Source of the DNA: Chrysomallon squamiferum
Lineage: Eukaryota > Animalia > Mollusca
DNA: 64,000 nt
Assembly (NCBI GenBank): GCA_012295275.1
Contig: CM022668.1
Span: 10,106,001 to 10,170,000, forward strand
Direction: 5' to 3'
Under the pieces are notes generated by a model. It saw nothing but the letters and a program-made list of their open reading frames with translations, was not told the DNA's origin and ran no database searches. A program made the position numbers and the translations under genes. Shown here piece by piece: positions 37,810-52,100 of the stretch. How positions within the stretch are numbered: position 1 is the stretch's first letter; every line of letters begins with the position of its first letter.

Positions 37810-38527
37810 AATTTTTTTTAATTTGTCAAAAGTGTGAACATGTCGGGATACAACCTCTGAGTGAATAGATACACACGGAATGATACTTATCGGTTTTATT
37901 TCAAGCATAATTACCTGGAATACATAGATATTACAATATAATTGACTATGAATAAATCCTGTTTTGAAAAATAATAAAATAAAATAAAAATAATAAATAA
38001 ATGAATAAAAATTAAATAAAGCGTAAAAATAAAAATAAAAATAAATATAAATTCGTTGAAAATCTCTGAATCATTAGAAATTACAGCACAGTGTGAACAT
38101 GCCTTTACAAGTTTTCTCAAGTCCAAACTATCGTACAAAGTTCTAATCGGAAGACAGATTACTACTAAATATTAATATGAAAAGAATTGCTGTTAGAATG
38201 TATACAATTTTTTGTACCTATTTACATTGTTTTTGTCTCAGTTGTTATAAACATAAAGTTTCTGTGTATCTATTAATACTTCCGTGTTTCAAGGGTAAAC
38301 ACCTGAATGGATAAATCCAAATACCTCCATATTTTATATCATGTGGATCAAGAATATTTATGAATGTAGAATATACGAATGTAAAAGTTTACAAAGGTAA
38401 CGGTAACTAAATTATTCTCACCTTTTTCTTGACTAAAAGCACAATTGTTTACTAAATACTTCTCAAACTTTGATCTCCTTAAATATTAAATAAGTCTTTG
38501 AAGTTTTAAATTCTGAATTTGTTAATA

Positions 38528-38582
<55 letters not shown>

Positions 38583-38585
38583 GTA

Positions 38586-38616
<31 letters not shown>

Positions 38617-41600
38617 TGGTAACCTGTTTATTTGTGTCAATAGAGAAACTTGGCATTTTTACCCAACGATGACAATGAAAATTAAAAATAAAGATGAAAC
38701 TGAAAGAATGAAAATGATTGACTTTCCTAGATAAAACATTGATTTAAGCCGCTTGTGTGCTGAGAAAATACAAGGGGTTAGAGTAGAAAGAAAGCTGTTG
38801 ATTATGTTAACAGGGAATTGCATAAAATGTGAGTGGTTAACATTTTGTTGTTGTTGTTGTAAATTATTCCTTTGCTGTACAGTTTGGTTGGTACAATGAT
38901 ATTCATGTCTGGTATAAAGGAGACTCACAGAAGGGCTCCAGTGAAAACTTCGTTATTACTCAGTGGAACTGGTAATACAGGTAAAAACGAAATAAAACTC
39001 GATTTTGTACTGTTGTTTTGTTACAACAAAGCAGTAATTACATTATTATAGTGCAATATCAGACTCAGAATTCCCTATTAGAGTTTGGAGATTTTCTCTT
39101 AATATATATAAAATACAATGAAAAAAAAAACACGAAATAATAATAATAGTATATATATGTATATAATATAAACGAAATAAAAGATATAAAAATAAATAAA
39201 AATTCGTTAAACGGCTGAAAGTGAAATGTCCTCGAATAGTTAGAAATTATGAACATGCCCTTAGAATTTTTCAAATTCAGAACTACGGTACAAAGTTGTA
39301 ATCGGAGGAATGTTAACTACTAAATATTAAATATAAAAAAGAGTACCTAGTAGAATATAAACTGTTTTATGCACCTGATTACATTTTCTTGCGACAGTTG
39401 TTATAAACATAAAGTTTCGGTATATGTATTAATACTTCCGTGTTCCTGGCGTTCAAATATAAACACCTCAACTGATAAATCGAAATACCTCCATATTCTA
39501 AAAATTGTGGATCAAGAATGTTTACGAATGTAAAATTACCTCAAGTGTTACAGAAGTAACGGTGACTAAATTATTCTCACCTTTTCCTTAAGTGAAAACA
39601 CAATCGTTTACTAAGTTCTTCTCGAACTTTCATTTCCTTCTTTGTTCACAGATTGTTTCCCCTTCTACCCAGTCTTAATAGCATTTTTATGTAGGTTATG
39701 ATGATACTACTAATGATGATGATGTTAATAATGATAACAATCATAATAATAACCATCATAGTAGTAATTATAATGAAAATAATTATTCATATTATTATAA
39801 CGACACTCATGATTATATAAAAATAATAAAATTAGAAAAAAACAACATTTTTTAGAACTGTTTTTAACATAATGTGTTAAAATAAATCATTATATTTTTT
39901 AATTTGTAAAAAAAAAATTAAAGTAATTCCTTTTATTTGTAACATTTTAGTTTTGTCAATAGAGAAACTTGGTATTTGTACCTTACAATTACAATGAATG
40001 TTAAATCTAAAGGTGAAACTGAAAGAATGAAAATCATTGACTTTCTTTGTTGAAATATTGGTTTGATGATACTAGTAATGATGATGATGATGATAATAAT
40101 AGTAATAATAATAATAATTATACTAATGATACTACTACTACTACTACTAATAATAATAACCATCATAGTAATAATTATAATGAAAATAATGATGATTGTG
40201 AGTATTAATACTATAATAATGATTATACAACAATAATAAAATTAGAAAAATATAAATTTTTAGAACTGTTTTCAACATAATAAGTTTTAAAATAAATCAT
40301 TATATTTTTTTATTTGTAAAAGAAAATATAATTATTCTTTTTGTTTCTAATATTTTTGTTTTATGAATGGAAAAACTTGGTATTTTTGCCCAAAAATGAA
40401 AGACAAATCTAAAGATGAAACTGAAATAATGAAAATCATTGACTTCCTTTGTTGAAATATTGGTTTGATGATACTAGTAATGATGATGATGATGATAATA
40501 ATAGTAATAATAATAATAATTATACTAATGATACTATTACTACTACTACTAATAATAATAACCATCATAGTAATAATTATAATGAAAATAATGATGATTG
40601 TGAGTATAATATTATAATAATGATTATACAACAATAATAAAATTAGAAAAATATAAATTTTTTAGAACTGTTTTCAACATAATAAGTTTTAAAATAAATC
40701 ATTATATTTTTTGATTTGTAAAAGAAAATATAATTATTCTTTTTATTTCTAATATTTTTGTTTTATGAATGGAAAAACTTGGTATTTTTGCCCAACAATG
40801 AAAGACAAATCTAAAGATAAAACTGAAAGAATGAAAATCATTGACTTTCTTTGTTGAAATATTGGTTTGATTCGCTTGTGTGCTGAGAAAAAACGCGGGG
40901 TTCAGCAGAAAGAAAGCTGTTGATTATGTTAACAGGGAATTTCATAAAATGTGAGTGGATATCATGTTGTTGTTGTTGTTGTAAATTATTCCTTTGCTGA
41001 GTAATTCGTTTGGTACAATCATATTCATGGCTGATATAAAAAGTCACACAAAATACTCTAGTGATGACTTCGTAATTACTCAGTGGAACTGGTACATACA
41101 GGCAATAACGGTAAAAACGAAATAAAACTAGAGTTTGTACTGTTGTCTTGTTACAACAAAGCAGTAATTACATTATTATAGTGCAGTATCACACTCAAAA
41201 TTCCCTATTAGAGTTTGGAGATTTTCTGTTGAAAATTATCTCTTTCTTATTAAATAACAGTTCTAAATGTATGACTTAAGATCAGATCAATGTCACATTA
41301 TTGAAAACATTAAACAAAAGATCAAAAGATGATGAAGATTAAAATAATTTTCAGATATGGCTTCCTAATATCTGTCACTATAAAAATGGTTTCATCTCTT
41401 CCTGAAATAGCAGACTCTGACAACTGTTAACAAAAAATATCAAACTTTGAAGGAACAAATTAGAAAATTATTGATGCAAGTAAGATAATGTTTGAAATTC
41501 AGGCGTTTGAGGCATAAGCAAACGTATATTATTTACTTTAAATGATTAATTTAATTTAATTTAATTTAATTTTAGTTTGTTTTAATTTTAATTTGTCAAA

Positions 41601-43815
41601 AGTGTGAACATGTCGGGATACAACCTCTGAGTGAAGAGATACACTCGGAATGACACTTATCGGTTTTTATCTCAAGCATACTTACCTGGCATACATAGAT
41701 ATTATGTATAATTAACTATAACAAATCCAATTTAGAAAAGAAAAAGTATGAAAAAATATATATATAAAATAGAAAAGAAATAAAAGATATAAAAATAAAT
41801 AAAAGTTCGTTAAATGGCTGAAAGTAAAAAGTCCTCGAATCCTTATAAATTATGAACATGCCCTTACACGTTTTCACAAGTCAGAACTACGGTACAAAGT
41901 TGTAATCGGAAGACAGTTTACTACTAAATATTAAATATAAAAAGAGTACCTAGTAGAATATAAACAATTTTATTTACCTAATTACATTTTTTTTTCTGAC
42001 AGTTGTTTTAAACATACAGTTTCGGTATATCTGTTAATACTTCCTTCTTGCTGGAGTTCAAAGGTAACTACCTCAACGGATAAATACAAATAGCTGCATA
42101 TTTTAAACCATGTAGATCAAGAATATTTATGAATGTAGAAATTACAACGGCAACGGTAACTAAATTATTCTCACCTTTTTCTCGACTGAAAAACAGAATC
42201 GTTTACGAAGTACTTCTCGAACTTTGATCTCCGTGTTGGTTCTCAGATTATTTCCCCTTATTACCCAGTCTTAATAGCATATTTATATGCAGAGATTTGA
42301 TAATAGTAATAATGAAGATATTGATGAAAATGATGTTGATGATGATGATAATGATGATGATGATGATGATAAATAATAATAATAATAAACTTCATCATAA
42401 TAATGATAATAAAAATAATCATGATTGTGATTGTTAGAACGATAATAATGATTATATAAGAATAATTGAATTAGAAAAAGTATATTTTTTTTAGAACAGC
42501 GTTTAACATATTCAATATTAAATAATCCATTTTCTTTTTTAATTCTGAATATGTTAAAAAAATAGATATATATTTTATTGTACCATGTTTAGTTTTGTCA
42601 ATAGAGAAACTTGGTATTTGTACCTGACAATGAAAGTTAAATCTAAAGCTGAAACTGAAAGAATGAAAATCATTTACTTTCTTTATTAAGACTAATTTAA
42701 GCCGCTTTTGTGCTGAGAAAAGACACGGGGAATTGCATAAAATTTGAGTGGTTAACAATTTGTTGTTGTTGTTAAAAATTATTCCTAGCCTGGTAATACG
42801 GTTATAAAGCAATATGTTAAATATATAAGTAAAATGGACGCTTACTGTCTCATTGTCTCATCTTTTATAATTAAATATAAGTAAAATCTATTCTATATAA
42901 AACATTTAACATTTAAGTATGACATTATTCTGATACTGTTTATTTAAATATTACGTTATTGTCATGTTATTTGTGTATTTAAATATTACGTCATTCTCGT
43001 GTTATTGGTGTGTTTATTACGTTATTTTTTTGTTATTTGCTTATTTAATATGTTATGCTAGTATCGTGTTATTTACGTATATTTGTGATAAAGTTTTAAG
43101 AGTTCACATGAACAAAAAAGAATTTGAAATTTACCTGATACATTTCAGTCAACATTTAAAATAAAGTCTTTAAGAAAGTAAATCCAGCACTTCAACAGTT
43201 TTTGTTGTTGTTCTTAACTTTCTTTATCAGTGGATCTACTTTTGTATAAACCGTCCACTCTTCTTTACCTGTGTGTAGCAACACAGCAATGTCACTCGAC
43301 ATTTCTTATCACAGTTAGTTTTCAGGTAGTTTAACAAACGTCGCTTTGTAAATCATGATACTGTGTGAGCGATAACAGAGATAGGGCGATTTTTAAATAC
43401 TTGAAGGGGCAGATCAAGAAAAACTAAAAAGGGTTGTGAAATGAAACTCTAACCAGCCTCCGTGGAATGCACAGTAAAACAAAAGAAAACAAACAAACCT
43501 AACCGGAATCAAGGGAATCTGTTCTGTACAGTAAAGTAAATATTATTTTTAAAATGTTGTATGTAAAGAAATTAATATTTTTGACAAATGATAGTAATTT
43601 AATGAATATACAACCAAAAATGTCCCAGTAAAAAATGTTTAACTTTACAGTTTATACGGACAAAAACAGATTGTAAACATATTACAATGATCAACTTGAA
43701 GTCAACCCGATATAAACAGAGATAAAAGCTAGAAAATTAATATTATTTCATTTTAATAATAAAGTAATTCCTCAACCATATTTTAATTCCTTAAATGCAT
43801 GCATACATAAAAGCA

Positions 43816-43856
<41 letters not shown>

Positions 43857-44469
43857 AATGCAGATATATGCATATATACAGATATTCATACACACATAGA
43901 CAAACACATACATCCATGTCAGTCGTTACAGAGGTATTCACAGCGATAGGCAATGGTTTTGTTAATATTAACTAAAAGGTTGTTAATCCCGATGCACTTA
44001 TTGATCTTTTTTTATTTAGTTCTTATCTGCAGAACGTAGACTGTTAGTCAGAGGCAAAGACCTCTTATAATGAGACACACGTCTCTCAATAAATAAAATC
44101 TCTAGTTGATTGACATATATGTGTTAATATAGAGAGGCAGACAGACAGAAAGAAATTGAGAGATAGGTAAATAAACTGAGTCATAGATAAAGAGAGGTAC
44201 ATTTGCTACCCAGTTGAATATCAAGGCTATGCACTACCATTAACATAAAAAACAAACAAAAATATCTTCCTGCTTTACTCGTATGACAACATTAAGTTTG
44301 CTCATATGATTACAGACTGACATATTTGAAACAAACAGTCGAGTACATGTACAAAACGCAGCCCTACTTAGTGTAGTTATAACAACGCGTTGAAGAACTT
44401 GTATTTTATGATGGGAAAAAAATAAAAATAATAATAAAAGATAATAATTGAATAAAATAAAACAAATTT

Positions 44470-44512
<43 letters not shown>

Positions 44513-47500
44513 ATATAAAAATAAATAAGTCCATGAGTCGTTAGAAATTATCGCACCGGGTAAACATGCCTTTATAAGCTTTTTCAAGTCCGATCTATTG
44601 TACAAACTTGTAATAGGAAGCCAGACTGCTAGTAAATATTAAACATAAAAAGATAACCATTTTATATACATAATTACAATTTGTTGTGACAGTTGGTATA
44701 AAGATAAAGTTTCGATGTATCTATTAATACTTCCCTCTTTCAAGGGCAAATATCTGAACGGAATACAAATACCTCCGTATTTCAAAAATTGTTGATCAAG
44801 AATATATATGAATGTAGAAATGACCACAAGTGTTACAAAGGTAACGGTAACTAAATTATTCTCATCTTTTTGTTGACTAAAAAACAGAATCGTTTACTAA
44901 GTACTTCTCGAAATCTCATTTCCTTAACTGGTCACAGATTATATCCACTTATGAATACACAGTCTTAATAGCATAGTTATGTAGATTTTCATAATAGTAA
45001 ACGTTGATGATAATTATGATGATGATGATGATGATAATAACATCATCATAATAATGATTATAAAAGTAATGATGATTGTAATTACTATAACGATAACGTT
45101 GATTATATCAACTATTTTTAACATATTAACATACCTGTACAAGTTTAGAACTGCTATTAAACTTGAAACTCTGAATTACAAATATCCATTTTAACTATAA
45201 ATATCAGTTTGAAAATCCAAATTACAAACTTATTGATTCAATTAAGATACTTTTTCGAAATTTAGGCGTTTAAGACATAAACAAACTTCTATACTATTTC
45301 TTTTAAATTATTATTTTTATTTGATTGAATTTTTAATTTGTCAAAACTGTAAACATGTCTGGAGACAAATTTTGAATCAGTATGCACATAGGGAATGACA
45401 CTTATCGGTTTGTCCTATGCATAATTACCTGGAATACATAGATATAACATATAATTAACTGCAACAAGTTTCGAAAACAAATAATAATAAAAAAGACATA
45501 AAAGATATAAAAATAAATAAAAATTCGTAAAATAGCTGAAAGGAAAAGTCCTTGAATGGTTAGAAGTTATGACCAAGCTTTTACAAGTTTTCCCAGGTTC
45601 GAACTATCGTACAATGTTGTAGTCGGAAGACATAGTACTACTAAATATTAAAACAAAAACAATAGCTAAGGGAATATAAACAATTTTATGTACCTAGTTA
45701 CATTTTTTTAGTGACAGTTGCTATAAACATAAAGATTCGGAATATCTATTAATGCTTCCGTGTTTCAAGTGTAAACGCCTGAACGGATAAATCCAAATAC
45801 ATCCACGTTTTAGAAATTGTGGGTCTAGAATACTTACGTATGTAGAAATTACCACAAGTGTTACAAAGTGTTACAAAGGTAACGGTAACTAAATTATTCT
45901 CACCTTTTTCTTGACTAAAAACACGATCGTTTGCTAAGTACTTCTCACACTTTCAGTTCCTCGTTTGTTGACAAATTATTTCCCCTTATAAATAACCCAG
46001 TCTGAATAGCATTTTTATGTAGGTACTTATAATGATGATGATAATAATAATAAGAAGAAGAATAAGAACATCATCATAATAATTTTAATATAAATAATAG
46101 TGATTGTGTTTATTATAACGATAATCACGTTTATATGAAAATAATTACATTAGAAAAATATACACTTTTTAAAAACTGTTTAACATATTAAGTATTAAGT
46201 AAATCGTTACTTTTTTAATTCTGAATTTCATAAAAAAAGAAATGATATATATTTTTTAATGTAACATGTTTAGTTTTGTCAGTAGTGGAACTTGATATTT
46301 GCACCTTACAATTACAATGAAAGTTAAAATTAAAGATAAAACTGAAAGAATGAAACTCATTGACATTCTCTGAGAAAGATGCTATCGAATACGTTAACAG
46401 GGACTTGCATAAAATGTGAGTGGTTAACATTTTGTTGTTGTTGTTGTAAATTATTTCTTTGCTGTACAGTTTGTTTGGTACAATGATATTCATGTCTGGT
46501 ATAAAGGAGACTCACAGAAGGGCTCCAGTGATGACTTCGTAATTACTCAGTTCAGCTGGTACAAATCCAGTTTAGAAAAAGAAAAAATTAAAAACAAAAA
46601 GAACAAAACAATAAGAAAACAAAAAGAAAAAAGAAGGAAATAAGCATTAAGTTGCGTTGTATATATTAATACTTCCCTGTTTCGAGGGTAAACATCTGAA
46701 CGAAATACAAATACCTCCGTATTTTAAATCTTATGGATCAAGAATACGTTAACAGGGAATTGCATAAAATGTGAGTGGTTAACATTTTGTTGTTGTTGTT
46801 GTAAATTATTCCTTTGGTGAATAATACGTTTGGTACAATGATATTCATGTCTGGTATGAAGGAGACTCACAGAAGGGCTCCAGTGATGACTTCGTAATTA
46901 CTCAGTTCAGCTGGTACAAATCCAGTTTAGAAAAAGAAATAATTAAAAACAAAAAGAACAAAACAATAAGAAAACAAAAAGAAAAAACAAAGAAATAAGC
47001 ATTAAGTTGCGTTGTATATATTAATACTTCCCTGTTTCAAGGGTAAACATCTGAACGAAATACAAATACCTCCGTATTTTAAAGAATATTTACGAAATTA
47101 GAAGTTACCATAAGTGTTACAAAGGTAACGGTAACTAAATTATTATCACCTCTTTCTTGAAAGAAAACACAATCGTTTACTGAGCATGTCTCAAACTTTG
47201 ATCTTTTTTTTTTTTTTCTTCACTGAGTATTTCTCCTTATGAATAACCCAGTTTTAATAGTTTATTTATGTAGATTTTGATAATAGTAATAATAATGATG
47301 GTGATAATGATAATAATAACCATCACCATAATAATGATGATAAAATAATAATGATGATGATAATTATCACTATAATGGTTATTGTATAACAATAATAAAT
47401 ATAGAAAAACTATAAAATACTTGGAACTGTTTTTAACATACTGAAATTATTCTTTTTTAATTCTGATTTTTTTTTAAAATAAATATTGTTTTTGTATTGT

Positions 47501-47640
47501 ATCACGTTTAATTTTGTCAGTAGAGAAACACTTAGTATTTTTAACCTAGGAATGACAATGACATTTAAAAGTAAAGATGAATCTGAAAGAATGTAGATAA
47601 TTGAATATCTTTGTGGATTCAGTGATTTAATCGGCTTGCA
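37810..47640. repeat. Locus-specific complex non-coding repeat array upstream of STAND-1
   Basis: atttgtcaaaagtgtgaacatgtcgggatacaacc occurs at ~37821, 41591 and 45337. aacggtaactaaattattctcacc occurs at ~38399, 39557, 42152, 44843, 45881 and 47127. Internal tandem duplications at ~40070-40850 and ~46390-47080. Confidence 0.8.
42830..44400 (+). promoter_or_regulatory. Orphan copy of the receptor-gene 3'UTR/spacer/promoter module
   Basis: Collinear with 6150-7800: gttatttgtgtatttaaa repeats, ttatcacagttag, ggggcagatc, tcagtcgttacagaggtattcaca, atcttcctgctttact. No signal-peptide exon follows. Confidence 0.65.
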
Positions 47641-47734
47641 TGCTATTTTAAAGAAATGTTTTTATTTAGATTAAAAAATAGTCAGCATTTGTGTAAAAGT
47701 TAGTATTTCCGTACAGTATTTGATAATGCAGCTT

Positions 47735-49195
47735 TCATTTAGATTCAAATATAGAAAGTATTTGTGTGTAAGCTGTCTGATCGTTTTCATCGTCAGAAGA
47801 GTTTATTTTAATGCTGGCCAGATCACGAGCGTTAATTCCTGCAGCGTTTGCTACATCAGCTACACCAGCATCCAACAGAACATCCACAGTATCCACCTGG
47901 GCCCTCTCTACTGCTTCGTGGAGAACGGAGTTGCCGTCGTTGTTTAGAATGGTTACATCAGCACCTTTCTTTAACAACATCTTCAGATTCTCTAGCTGGT
48001 TGTGTTCTACACACACATGTGCTGCTGTCTGGCCGGCTTTGTTACGAAGGTTAACGCAGCATCCATTTTCAAGGAGGAAGACGACTATGTTACAAGTTAG
48101 ACTTGCTCGGTCAGACGTTTGACTGTCAGTCTCTCCTTCTTGTGAGGCATAATTTATCAGGGTTTTGATCATAGAGCTAGGTTCACCGTCTGACCTCATT
48201 AACATGTTTCTAAAATCATCACTATATCCAGCCGTTTCCTGTGGGGTCACGCCAACTGCCTAATGAAGAGGACTATTCACCGACCCTGAAACATAACATT
48301 GGCTCGTCCTCCTCTGGCTAGAGCACTTTGTAAGATTTCAGCGTGAAGAAACGATGCCGGAGCATGCATTGCTGTCACTTCACCGTCTCCGTATTTCAGG
48401 TCAGCGCCTTTGTCCAACAGAAAATCAACAACGTCTTGTTTCCCAACTGCACAGGCAATGATTAGCGGAGTCAGGTCCTCGCCTTCACAGTTAATATTTT
48501 CACCTGCCTTGAGAATAACGTTCATCAGATGCAGTTTACCGACCAGTAGTGTCAGGTGTTATAGAGTCAATTCAGTTTTGTCTCTCCATTTAGGTGAACT
48601 GCTTTTGTTCAGAGCTGTTTGACTGTTAGAATCTATGCAATCTGCATTCACAACATTGTGTACTACCTGAAATCACATTTCCATACACAGATGCATAATG
48701 CAAGTAAGTCCGTTCATTGTTGTCCCTCAGATAAGGATCCGCCTCTGGTTCCAATAATCTAGATATGGTATCAATGTGTTTGTTAATTGTCGCTACATGT
48801 AAAGGTGTTAGCCTTTTAGGTCATGGTAGTTGACACTGCCTCCAGCTGTTTGTACAAATTTGAGAAGAGTATACGTCACATTCATTGCAGCGACTGACAC
48901 AGCCGTCCATCCTCTGTCATCAGCCATGTTTTTTTGTGTTTTTTTTTTCTGATGAGCAATTTCGTTTCTTCTTTGTTGTTATTTATGACAGCTCTGGACA
49001 ATAGAGAGGAGCCATGAAGGTCCTGACCACATATGTCTGCTCAGCTCTTAACGAGAGATTCCACCATGTATTTGATATACATTATTGTTAAAAAAAACTC
49101 AAATCCTTCTTTGTTGTTTACTTCAGGCTTTGCTCCAGACTTCAACATTTCTTTCACTGAGAAATGAGATAAGCGTCGTGGAGAGGACTATTCAG
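47735..49195 (-). pseudogene. Decayed C-terminal ankyrin region of STAND-2, downstream of a premature stop
   Basis: Homologous to 31145-32340 but broken into 48525-48277, 48250-47735 and frameshifted fragments. Ends with the same ILSIFESK*. Confidence 0.8.
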
Positions 49196-52100
49196 TTATT
49201 TGTCTAAACTGTTTACATTGGCTTTGTGTTTTACTAGTAATTTTATTATCACTGGGAAGCCAAATAGTGAGGCGATGTGAAGAACAGTTTTACCATCTGC
49301 ATCCGTGCTTTCTGTGTCAACGCCTTTTTCCAGGAGAAACCTGACTGCCATGACCTCGCCACAGCGAACTGCTCTGTGTAACAGAACGGCAAAAAGATCA
49401 GATTTCACATCTACTCGTCTGGAGAAAAGAAAACTAGCTATGTCAAAACTTCTCGCTAGTGAGTATCTTTGGAAATCTTTGTAAACTACAGGACAGGGTC
49501 CTTTAAGGTCAGATCCACTGCGCACTAGGTACTGTATCACGTCGGTTTTATTATAATGTAAAGACAGATGAAAAGCAGTCAAAGACAAATTGTTTTTTAA
49601 AATCAAATTTGATCCTTTTCCTATCAAATATGACAATAATTTGACTGAATTATGTTCTGCTGCGATGTGGAGAGGCGTGTCTCCAGATTTGTTTCGAACA
49701 TTCAGTTTGGCTCCAGCCTCCACCAACTTTACAACAGATTCTAAATTTTCAGCCCTGACTGCCAAATGTAAAGGCGAGTTTCCATGCATGTCTGCTGCGT
49801 TAGCATCCCCACCTTTCTGTAGCAGGTATCCGACCACGACAGCAGTGTTGCTCTCAGCTGCAACATGCAACGGCGTCTGCTTCTTTTTGTTCACAGCAGT
49901 TATGTCAAGTCCACGATTCAGAAGAAATACTGTGGATTTCACACATCCGTATCGTGATGCTGTGTGTAATAGGTTTTCACTGTGACTCACTGATGTCTTG
50001 CAGGCTGGATTACTGCTAATGATTTGTTTCAGGATGTCCGCATCATCGTGTGCAGCGGCCAAGACAGTACAGAATTCAGGTTTTCCTGCTGTAACGTGAT
50101 TTTTTAATTGTCTGAAGAGATCGCCAGCTCGGATTTCGACACTGCTGGGAAGTGTGAGCGGTCGATGTCTCCTTCGCAGTGCTTTTCTGAGACCTTCGTG
50201 ACATTGCAATAGTAACTGTCTGAGAGCACGACGAAGAACCGGTTCACTAGTCTCTAACTGAGAAAGTCGATGAATGAGAAAACGTGAAATTTTTCCATTT
50301 CCTTTTTCTAACGCCAGATACAACATGGGTCCCAAATCGTCAACCTTCAAATTAAAATTCCTTTTGGATTTCAGCAGCAATTTAAAAATGGACACATTGT
50401 CTGACTTCGACAGAGCAGCAGCAGTCAGTGTCGTCACAGTTGGAACAGTGCCACAGTTTAGCAGAGATGTTGTTGTGTCAGAGTTTCCTGTGAAGCAAGA
50501 GACATCGAGAATTTCGCCGCGCTGGTTGGTAATAACACTGTCGGTTGACTGGCAGACAGCTTTCACAAAATGTTCGGAAAGACTACGACAGTGTTCAGCA
50601 ACAGCAACACTTGTCGTTGACGATGTCGATAATGAAATGCTCTCACGAACACGATCTAGTAACTTTGTCTCCATATCTGGGAAATAACAACCGTCTTTTT
50701 TTAAACTAAACCAGAAAGTATTGAAATCACCTGCACCAAAAAAACTGCGGATAGAGTTCTTTTTTATATCAAGTTTCTGTGATAAGACTTTGTTTGGGAC
50801 AACCGATTTCCAGTATTCTTCTGCCAAATATTTAACGAATTCTTCATCTTTTAACGATGGGTGTGAAAGAATAAGTCTTGCGCTGGACGACATCAACAAA
50901 TCTGTAAACCTTTCAGCAAGAACTGGAAAGTTTTTCCTCTCAACTGTAACAACGACGTTGTCTTTCCTAGCCACACCAGGTGTAATGATATATTCAAGAA
51001 GCAACGTCGCCTCACATATGAGGAGTCCTTGCTTCTGGTAATCTGATATAAACTGCAGGAATAATGTATCAAATATGGATTGGTGAATAAACGTGTATTC
51101 TCTACCCTCTGTGTTGTCTGACAAGTATAATCCACACAGAGATTTGGCCGAAGCTTTCATCTGACCTAGAGTAACATCACTATTTATTTTACACACATGC
51201 TTCAGCTTACTTATCAAGTTTAGCATATCTGATGAATCTTCGAATGGGTCCAGAGCATCATACTTCAACACACCCTTCTTGAACAGCACAGTGAGTAGCA
51301 CCAGGTACTGGTACTGACTTAGCTCCGACATATCTTCTTTAAGCATCGCAAACTGGTCTCTCAGAAATTCTACAGGCTTTTTAAAGAATTCCACTCCACG
51401 CTTCTGAGCGCTCTCTGAGCTGACGAAAAAATTACAGCACTGCGGGAAACCAAGTTCTTGAAATGTTTCCAGTACTGCTTCATCTTTTTCTTCTTCTTTC
51501 ATGTGTACCCCGCTGAAATTTAGGTGTCTGTCCAGAATGTTTCTCTTCTCCTCAGACGTCATATGCATATCTTCATCATGCAGGTCAATCAAATGTTTCT
51601 TATCGAACATGGCAAAAGCTCGAAGACTTTGCTTACAATCTGAAAATATCTGTGTCCTGAACGTGATTATCACCTTCATGAATCCAGACTCAACAAAAGA
51701 CCAGACGGTTTCAAATTTCCTCTCCCATTCTCTCTGAAACTCGGACACAAGATTGCTCTTACCAAAAATGTCATCAATAAGAACAATAATCTTTTCACTT
51801 GGCTTCTGCTTGACCAGACGTTTAGGTCTCGGGATGTCTTCGAACTTTGAAGGATGAGTCACCAAAACAGGCTGAGTTTGTTCTCGATTTACAATTTGTT
51901 CCATAAGATTTAAACTCAGAGTTGTCTTCCCTGATCCCGGATTTCCTACGATGACGACAATGCCTAAGTTGACAAGTCTTTTTCTTGCCATACTGAATGC
52001 CCTGACCGGAACAAAGGTGTTGGGGTTGATGGATTGAATTCGTGTGGAAGCATTGCCTTTAAAATATGAGAGGATAATTTATGTCAAAAGTTATTATTGT

